Below, piece by piece: positions 13,183 to 23,900 of a stretch of DNA of 64,000 nt. Both the position numbers and the translations under genes were made by a program. The number at the start of each line of letters is the position of its first letter. Positions within the stretch are counted from its first letter, which is position 1. Below the pieces are notes generated by a model. That model was not told the origin of the DNA, did no database searches, and saw only the letters and a program-made list of their open reading frames with translations. The DNA is from Dimorphilus gyrociliatus (taxonomy: Eukaryota; Animalia; Annelida): positions 1,651,601-1,715,600 of the forward strand of contig CAJFCJ010000006.1 in the NCBI GenBank assembly GCA_904063045.1, written 5' to 3'.

Positions 13183-14006
13183 TTACAAATTGTTTTCAAA
13201 CAGTTCGGTCTTTTTCCTTCTCAAAGTTTTCGAATGCTGGATTTCCTGACTGAAAAAGAAATAAAGTAAAGCCAGATACATTGAAAATTTATTTTTAATG
13301 TTGGTATCTATGAGCACGTACGCTTTACTACCATCTTCTACAGGATCAGTGCATGCGTTCCAAATTTTTTCACGTAAAATAGAAAGACAGTCTGCCTTAT
13401 TGAGAAACTGTTTCCTACTTTTATCAGAAGATATTATCAAATATCCATCCTTTGTTATATTATATTTCTCCTAAAATTATATATCTTTTAATACTTCCAA
13501 ACAGTCGTATATTTAAAATAAACTCACAGTTTTTAGCAAAACTTTTCTTGCTCTTTCAGGAATCCATTCGGCAGATTCCAAATGAAATTTTAATTCAACT
13601 TTTGTGTTTAAAAGTACTACATGCTGTTTTCCCAGACCACTTGACTTTTTAGTATTTATTTGAATTTTATCTGAATGCAGTATATTAATCAAGTGTCGTA
13701 AGCTACAAATTTAATCAAGATTAATTGCTAAATAATTACCTAGAGGTATAAATCCAGAGAATCGGTCATTAGTACTTTTCTGAAAAAGCAAGCATTCGAT
13801 TGAAATGATCCCCTTTTATCACTCGTTATATTTACCTCATACTCAATCGTTTGTAAGAAATCCTGATTGCTATTTGGATAAACATTATCTAATGAGTAAG
13901 CACTTTTGAATGAGCTCTTTGTCACAGTTGTACATAGTTGTCGCCTTAAACAGATGCTATTGAACCGAGAAAGAGCGATAAATGATGATCTTAACATTGA
14001 CGCCAT
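13183..14006 (-). CDS. MRPL58: Mitoribosomal mL62 / ICT1 peptidyl-tRNA hydrolase family, with the GGQ motif replaced by GKQ; exons 14006-13836, 13779-13740, 13670-13528, 13470-13322, ~13249-13183
   Basis: Mitochondrial presequence, FKSAYSLDNVYPNS (human FKSIYSLDKLYPES), FIPLDKIQI, KVELKFHLESAEWI and SRKQFLNKADCL. All junctions are GT-AG and in frame. Confidence 0.9.
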
Positions 14007-15085
<1,079 letters not shown>

Positions 15086-15298
15086 GATTATTCCGTTTAG
15101 TTCTATCTTTATTTTACTAAGTAGAATTATGTCAACAAGTTTGGAGGCTTATGTACTTAAAGTGTAAAGAAACATTTTTAAATAAACTTTTTTATGATTG
15201 ATATGTATTGTTTTTTCTTCTATATTATAGAACTATTCAAGCAAAATTATATTTTACCACAAGTTTGTATTTCTTTGTCACACTATGCGGTAGAGACG

Positions 15299-18290
15299 TT
15301 ACTTTTCCAGTTTATTTTCAGCTACCTGAGGCCTACTAATTCCTCTGCAAGCCTTCTCTAGTTTAATGAATGGTAATTCGATGAAAGTCGTTAAAACAAA
15401 GGCAACCATAAGTGAATAAATCAAAAAGGCAGGGTAGAGAATAACCTAACAATACATAATAGAAATTGCATAATTGAAAGTAAACAAACTCACATGCTCA
15501 CCCAGTAAATTTGATGAAAGAAAAGTGGCTTCGGAAATGATCGTAAGAATAATCTAAAAATTGTTAGGTGAACTAGATAGAGACTATAGGTAAGTCTGCT
15601 AATTGGTAGCCATATATTCAAACTCAAAATGCCATTAATTGCCCAACCATAACCATGCCAACATGCAAATATAGTCCATGCTATGCAACATGACCAGATT
15701 AGTCTATAGGTACTCTCGAAAAATATTTTTACACCCCTTGACCATTTATCTTGATGATATCTCACATAAAGAAGGGCGAGTGCCACTGAAATTGTGACTA
15801 TCCAAATGATGAGAGCAATAACCTTTATTTGGATAATAAAATATTACAAAATGACAACAACGTTGCAATGGATGTTCACCCGTGCCAAACATTTTCTTTT
15901 AAACGACGTTACTCCCCTCGTCTTACTTCCGAGAAATCCTATTAGAACTCCAATTGCATAAGCTCCAATCCTACACCATGGCTTTATATAAATCGACTGG
16001 AAAGTGCTAAATGGTTCTGTCCTGTTTTTGCTAATTAATGAAACACTTATACTTAATAGTAATAGGATATAATCTATTATTTATTCCTATCTCTTAAAAT
16101 GATCATTTATAAGGCTCATTTAGCATCTTTCAAAATGTTAACTGACTACTTTTAATATAAAAAATCTATAATTGACTTAAATGGATTGTTAAAGTTATAA
16201 AATCAACTGTAAAGGTTAATTATCTATAATACATACTCTGTCGCTTTATGCCATAAAACGATATTAGCCACAAGATTACCTATAATTAGACCTATTGTTA
16301 ATATTATTCCGAATATCTTGTTTCTGAAAGAGTTCAAAAATAAAAATATATTTTTGTTAATAAGGTCAACGAACTGTAAAAGACAAAGGCTAACCTTTTG
16401 TATGCAATGAGGAAAATAGGCAAGATGGCGAACATTTGAAAGTCGTTAGGTATATACCAAGAATGACTGAGACACTTCATTTGAAAGAGATGAAAATAAT
16501 AAAAGTAATGACGACACTTGTATATATTCAGGATTAGTTTAATTATTTCTTTACCTCTAGTACTTTTGCCGAGAAAAAATTATGAATAAAGAGTAAATGT
16601 TTCCACCATGAACTTTCGCAAGTTTTAACAAAATCATCTCGCTCAACACTATAAGGACCGTATGGTATGAATTTAACAAAGCATATCTCTATCATAAGAA
16701 CAATTGCAAAAACAGGTGTCAGCCGTATAACTCTATGAAGGTAGTAGAGTATAAATACTTTTGGTCTCAATTTCTGAATGTTGATTAAAAATAGAAGAGT
16801 TGTGAGGAATCCACTAAAGGAGAATAAAACGAAAAATTGCTTTTTACAGTAAAAAAAAGAGAAATGAGTTTGGTCCTTTTTATTCGTAAAAATTTTAAAT
16901 AATTAACAAAAATAGGTGAACTATTTTGTAGAGAAAGCTCACCTAAGTACAAAAAAAGTGTCGACGGATACTGTTGCAGCGCTGATAGCTTGAAATGCGA
17001 GATTATTAATTGTTGTCATTTTTTGAAGGATATTGGCTGCAAATTAGTATGGAAATATTATTATACATTAAGATGAAGTTGAGAAAAAAAACTTTACAAA
17101 TGTATCCAGGTGTATCCGAGTATGTATGGCCTAAGACAACCCACATAATTGTAATAGCCCTTATACCGTGTAAGCATTGTATTGAATTTTTAGAATGTTG
17201 AGTATTTAGGACATTATTAGCGTTGGTTTTAAATGAAAAGCATATAAAAAATTTTGCTGCAGTCTCCTCAGCACTGATATTGTGGTAAAATAAAGATATA
17301 TATATATATATTTTTTTTACTATATTTAAGCATATCTTACCCGATGAGGTCCAAGAATGTTCCAATTAGAACGAGGAGAAAAAAGATACACGAAACGACA
17401 CTAAGAAGAATATTATAGATAATTTTTTTAAAGAAATGATAATGTATAATAATTACAATGCTGCTATGGCGGCTTTGCTCTTCCAGAACGGTCTTTCGAA
17501 CTCGCATTCAATTTTGCTGGAAAAAATATCGGAGATATTATACGGTGTCCTTAATAATTCATTATTTTTAGGCGTAGTACAAGATGACGGTAGACAGAGT
17601 CCTAAACTCAAAAGAGCTGGATTGTTACCAAGTTGCTTTTGAGATAATTTAAATGTTGTTATAAACATTTAACATTTCTCTTCCATAAGTAAAGAACACA
17701 CATACCATTGAAAATCTACAAAATTTCGGTTCCAAATCTGTCTTGTTATTTACAATTTCCATTTTGACATCTTTACATTGGGCAAAATTTCCAAAATCTT
17801 TTTGCATTAAATAGTAACCGATCTCTCCATCTTTAAACCACGAATCGGTCACTAAAATAAGTATTTTAGTATAGTATATGCAATATAAAGTACAAATACA
17901 CATATATTAAAAATACAGTATAATTTAATCAATATAATTAGTTTTTTTCCATTCTAGTTTTGCAAGATTAATTATCTAATTAGATATTTTTCATTTAAAC
18001 AATGCTATGTAAAAATTCAAAGAATTTAAAATGATAGGAATGCAAAACTTCTTACTTTTATATGCCCAATCGACACCAACTGCCGACAATGCATATATAG
18101 CTTGAACATCTTCTACACAGCTGGTTAAAGTTTTACTTGAATTAATATTGCTGTTGGCCAAGGTATTTAGTAGGCTCCTAACTTTTTCTCTTTTAATATA
18201 TTTATTAAGGATTTTCTTGTTATTAGCATTAATATCATATTGAATAGTGATTCCAATTATCGCTATTAAAAATAGCAGTACTACTTTCAT
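15299..18290 (-). CDS. Nose resistant to fluoxetine 6 / O-acyltransferase-like (NRF domain plus acyltransferase-3), about 10 exons
   Basis: Signal peptide MKVVLLFLIAIIG, NRF-domain DFGNFAQC, CLHGIRAITIMWVVLGHTY, YLHRVIRLTP, WLPISRLTYSLYLVH and FIELPFIKLEK. Confidence 0.88.
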
Positions 18291-18630
18291 CCTTGTTTAA
18301 TTTTGAATAAGTCACAATAAGAGAATGGACAAGTTTTTATAAATATTGCATGATTCATATAACTTGAAGTTTAATCTGTGCTTATCTGGTAGTTAGTGTT
18401 AATAAAGCGATCTTAATCTATGAGTAAATCTATTTTAGTTGAAGGCATCTAAAAGACTTTTAAAAAATCTATTTTGAATGAATAATATATCAAGAAGCAT
18501 AAAATCAAACGATTCACAAATACTATCACAAAGATAATGAAGATAATAGGTAGTGACTAGTAATATTATTAGATAATATTTCCAAATAATGTAAGAAAAC
18601 ATCGTTTAAAGTCTTATTCAAAGTAAACCG

Positions 18631-19399
18631 AAATAACCAATTAAAACGATGCACTACTATTTAATTAATATGTAAATGAGTGTGAATTTAAAACCATAAC
18701 AGGTTTTAAATAACTTTTAGCCTTGCATTCCACCATTCGATTTGATAGGATGAAAGCCGTTCAAAAAGTTTTCCCTCTTTACGGGGAAGAAGCGGAAAAT
18801 AAGTTCGTATTCTTGTCTTCTATTCTTTTCTTACAAATATATAAATATATTTTCGTAATTTGAAAATACAAATACTCTATGACTAATCTCTTTAGGCATT
18901 TCGTTTATGTATATCTAAAACAAGTGATTGTTTTACAATATTTACTAGTCTCAATCTATTAGTAAGTTTACTTTATTAATCTCTTTTGATTCAGTGGTTC
19001 ACCGTTAAAACTTTTAATATCTTGAGTGAGTCACATTTTGAATTTTATAGATTAAATCCAAAATCCAAAGGTATGTATACTGTATACATGTGTGTGTATG
19101 TATACTGTATACATGTGTGTGTATGTATACAATATATTAGGAAAACATTAAGAATAGCATATATTGGCAAATATGTCGGAAAAAATCTCTTCTAAAGCCT
19201 TATTCGACATGAACTTAAATAACCAATTAAAACAATGCACTGCCGTTTAATTAATATGTAAATAAGCGTGAATTTAAAACCGTAACCGGTCTCAAATAAT
19301 TTTAGTTCTGTATTCCACCATTCGATTTGTTAGGATGAAAGCAGTGCAGAAAGTTATTCCTCTTTACGGGGAAGAAGCGGAAAACAAGTTCGTATTCTT
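18631..19399 (+). repeat. Tandem ~184-bp direct repeat (copy 1 18631-18814, copy 2 19217-19399), each containing a short intron-like segment and a coding first exon
   Basis: The copies align almost without gaps. Both contain gtaaat...ttttag followed by an ORF MKAVQKV(F/I)[10 protein letters not shown] ending at a phase-2 GTTCGT donor. Confidence 0.9.
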
Positions 19400-20945
19400 C
19401 CCTTCTTTTCTTTTCTTTGCTTTCTTTTGCTTTCTTGTTTTTTTTTTATGTTATTTTCTTCGGATCCTTCGTTGCGCTATAGTTAAAGATTTCAATTTTC
19501 AATATAGTTTGATTTTTAATAGATATAGAATTGAAAACAGGGGAGGAAAGTTTAAGAGTCAACTGCGTGAAATTTTTAATATGCACTGTAGTCTAATATA
19601 TATATTTGTATATTATATATATTACAATATACAATATATATATTAATATATATATATATAATTAAAAAATGCTGTATAGCAACCTTCTGAGTTGGTAAGA
19701 ATTGAAAAAGGTGTTTGAAATCAATATATTAGAAAGAGTAACACAACAATTGTTGAATTTTATTAAAAGTATGAACAATTTTTACAGCATTCGAATAGAA
19801 GAAACTGAAATTTCGAAAGAATTTCGAGATATAAAGTAAGAACTGAATAAGCTAATTATTCTCACCTACAACGCGTTAGATTGAGCTAATTTGTAGAAAT
19901 TCCTTTTAAAATATGTTTTTATTATATTATTTATTTAGTTTATATATAGTTGGCGTCGTTGCCGCAAAAATCTGTAGCGCCGCCATTTATCGACATGGAA
20001 CAGTCGACGACGCACGAATGTTCAGCGTTTCTTAATGGAACGCAACCAAATTTTAATGAAGATCAGGTCTACATTTCAAAGAAACGGTTAAATGTTTTTT
20101 ATTGAATTTTTTAAAATTAATCTATTAAGTATGGTTAATTAATTAGTATTTTCCAAGTTTGTTCTATAGAAAATGTTCTTTTTCTTTTTTTGTTTGTTCT
20201 ACCATGAACTAGTCAAATATTATAAAAAATATCAAAAATTACATAAGTAATTAATAAAAAAGAAAATTTTATACGTTTTCTTATTCTTTCTTTCTTTTCC
20301 CGTTTATGCTCAACAGAACGGATCGTAAGAAGAGTAAATTTTGGTGGTTTAGAAGAACTTTTTTGGAGCGTTCTCTTATTCTGATTGTTCTATTCTTCCT
20401 TCTCGCTCTTATTGTTACGGTAATAGTCGCTGCTAGAAGATCATCAGGTAAACAAATTTTATATATACATATATATGTTTATATATAGATATGTATATAT
20501 TTAATAAAAATCAATAATAAATATATTTAAATGTATATTTTAGGGATAAATTATATATAGATGTATATTGTATTTAATTGCAGTATATATATTTAAATCC
20601 TTTTAGACATATATTGTACATATAAACTATATCTATACGGCATACAAATTTACATAAATTATGACATATTAGTATTTGTAAGTAAAATTATTATCACAGT
20701 ACCCTGGATACGATGAGGTGCTGTATAAAAACAGTAGAAATATCAATAGGCCTAACTGTTGATATATATGAAAGATATAATTTTTTTTGCAATTATTCAA
20801 AGATTATTACGTACATTACTTAAGATTTTTACAAAATAGTAAAAAGTTTACCGCCCAAACTAATTCTTGACTGGTTTTACGTTATATAACAAGAATCGTT
20901 CTACTTTTTTCTATAATCTCTCTTTTTCGCTTAGTCACTTTCCCT

Positions 20946-20981
<36 letters not shown>

Positions 20982-23900
20982 TCTCTGTCTGTTTGTCTAT
21001 TTATCTCTTTCTCTAGTATTTCCCTAAATTTTCATTTTTTATGTCATTTATCGGACCCAAAACATATTTTTTCATAAAGAGATAACTCATAAAAATGATT
21101 CGCAAAAATTTCTGTTTCAGATATAAATTACAGTAGGTGTGGCCTATTTTTCGTTCTTTATGAGATACAGTACAATATATACTAAATAATACTTTAGCAG
21201 TCAGAGTGTATAATTTACGTTGGTAAATGTATTTAGTAACAAAAAGGTACATTTCCATAACTTACATTGTTCAGTTTAGCACATACAGGAAATATATTGA
21301 TATTAGTAACTTGAGCTTTGTTTATTAGCATAATCTAGGAAAAGTTAAATGTCTTTTATTTTTTTTTGACATTTAATTTATCCTGTTTTTTCGTCATAGA
21401 AAAGAAAACAATGTATAGAGCATTGTAGTAATATTTATTCTCATACAGTTTTATACGTTAAACTATATAATTTTAACTTGTATCTGCTTTATTTTCTCTC
21501 TTTATAAACTGCATTAAGAAAGTAATCTTAGTTAGTATTTATTATTTATCTTTCTTTTCTGGAGTGAGTGATGCTAGAGTGTCATTTTTTATTAAAATAT
21601 ATATATATATATATATAACAAATATAAAAAGTGTATGAGGGATGTCTTTATCTTGAGTACTCGTTTTTATTATAGTCATGAATTTAGGCTGCCTTATTAT
21701 TAGACTATAGAAATATAAAGAATAAATTTGTTATACTAATTAATAGTCTAATCCCTATTAATTTACACATTTTCAAGGTAAAGTAAGAACATTGTATGTA
21801 TCTGTATTATATGTTTATGTACAGTATTATGTATGTATGATTACACTACATCGCTAGGTCTGTGTATATATATATATATTTATTTATAAAATATTATTAT
21901 AATTAAATATGCACACGAGTATACAATAAACCGTAAGCAATATACACTGGTAAGGTTATGAGTTCGTATACCTTACATAAAGGTGTAAGTCTTACTCTCT
22001 TCAAAAACACATGTTATATACGACATATTCTGTATGCATTTACTTCTTTCGTTACGCGATTGTTTGCCGCCTCTTTGTAGTTTTCTACCTATACGGATTA
22101 AAGCGTGCATTTGCTTTTTCCCATCCTTTTTTTTACCAATTCCTTAATTAGTCAATTTTCACAGGCTCAGATTACTTCGACCCAAGTGGAACTTGCTTAA
22201 AAGAAGAGTGTGTCAGCGCGGGTAATGTATCGTCTTAATTATTTTTTCTGTTCTTTCTCCACCTTCTCCCCCCTTCCTCTAACCCTTTTCTATTTTAGCA
22301 CGAATTAGTTGACCTTATTTTTTTTAACATAGCGGCGAGAATAATTGAAGCCAGAGATTTGACTGTCAATCCCTGCGACGACTTTTACGAATATGCTTGC
22401 GGTAATTGGAGGAAAAGGAATGTCGTACCGGAAGACCAGTCCAGTTATACGATGTTTACGGCGTTGAATGAACGCCTTGATAGGCTTTTGAAAGGCAAGT
22501 CAATTTCCTGTATCCTTTTTTTCCAGTTTACAATTCCGCATTGGTAGGTTGGCGTTGGCGTTTGAATGTCATAGAAAACTTTTAGTAAATAGTAAACCGC
22601 CTACGAACTTTTTCTAATGGTCCGAAATAGTTTTTTTTATATTTTTTTAACGGATTTTTTATGATAATTGCATACGAACTACTTGTAACCATGACCATCT
22701 TTTTGACAGAACTGATAGAAAACAACGAATATTTAAACACGCTAGCACCTATCCAAAAAGTACGAACACTGTATAATTCGTGTTTAAACACGACGAGAAT
22801 AGAAGATCGGGGTCTTCAACCTTTGACCGATCTCCTATCAGATCTCGGCGAATGGCCTGTGCTGAACCCTCACTGGACATCACAAGGGAAAAATTGGATT
22901 GATACTTTGGTTAAACTTCGTCTGTTTAATAACCAACCTCTATTCAAAACCTGGGTTCATGCCGACGAAAGAGAGCCGCTTAAGAACATTCTTCAGATTG
23001 ATCAAGCTGAGCTGGGTTTACCAACTAAAAACTTTTTCAAACAAAAATCGAAAACGGACGCCTATTTGAAATTTATGAAGGATGTTGCAAATCTGCTTCA
23101 AGCTTCGCGAGAGAGAGCGGACGAGCATCTCGGCGAAGTTCTTCGATTTGAAAAACGACTTTCGGGATTCTTGGCAGAGGAAGCATCGAGGCGTGACCTT
23201 AAAAAGATGTATAAGAAGATGACTTTGAAGGAATTGTCAAGAAATACGACGGTAAGCAATTTGTTAGGCTCTTTAGGCTTATTTTTAGCAGAGATCTACA
23301 TAGAAATTAATTATAGAATTATATGTTAATTATTTCCGCGAAATAAGCTAACTTTATATATTATTATTTCCCGTTGTAAGACTGTCTAATACGAGATTAT
23401 TATTATTATCCAAGTTTGCAAGGTATTCCCTTTGACAATACGTTTAATAAACGTCTTATAGGTAAGTATTATTATAAATGCTGCTCTATTCTTTTCAAGT
23501 TTCTTTAAAAGTAAGATGTATAATGGGAATCTAATTTTTTCTATTTCCATTACAGAACATAGACTGGATGAGATTCTTTACAAAAGTTTTTCAAAGTGTT
23601 AATATCAACATAACACAAGAGACCGAAGTTGTTGTATATAACTTAAAGTATCTAATCGATTTGGATTCTCTTATTGCGGAAGAAAAGGCCAAGTAAGTTA
23701 AAAGACGATTCAAAGAAAAATCCTTTTTTCCTCTTTTTTCTCTTTCTTTGCTTACTTTATTTAAAGAGATAAATAGATTTATATTTCTGGCAACGCCATC
23801 TGATGATTCTTACTGTTTAAGGAACTTTTGTAATTTATCATTAAAATGATTACACCATCAGAGGGCGCTTTAACTCAATCTATTTTATTCGATAAGCTCG

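Noticed and set aside
18631-19399. The direct repeat as a transposon, MITE or Helitron end
   Set aside because: There are no terminal inverted repeats, target-site duplication or CTRR end. Synonymous-biased changes and phase-matched donors fit duplicated first exons better.
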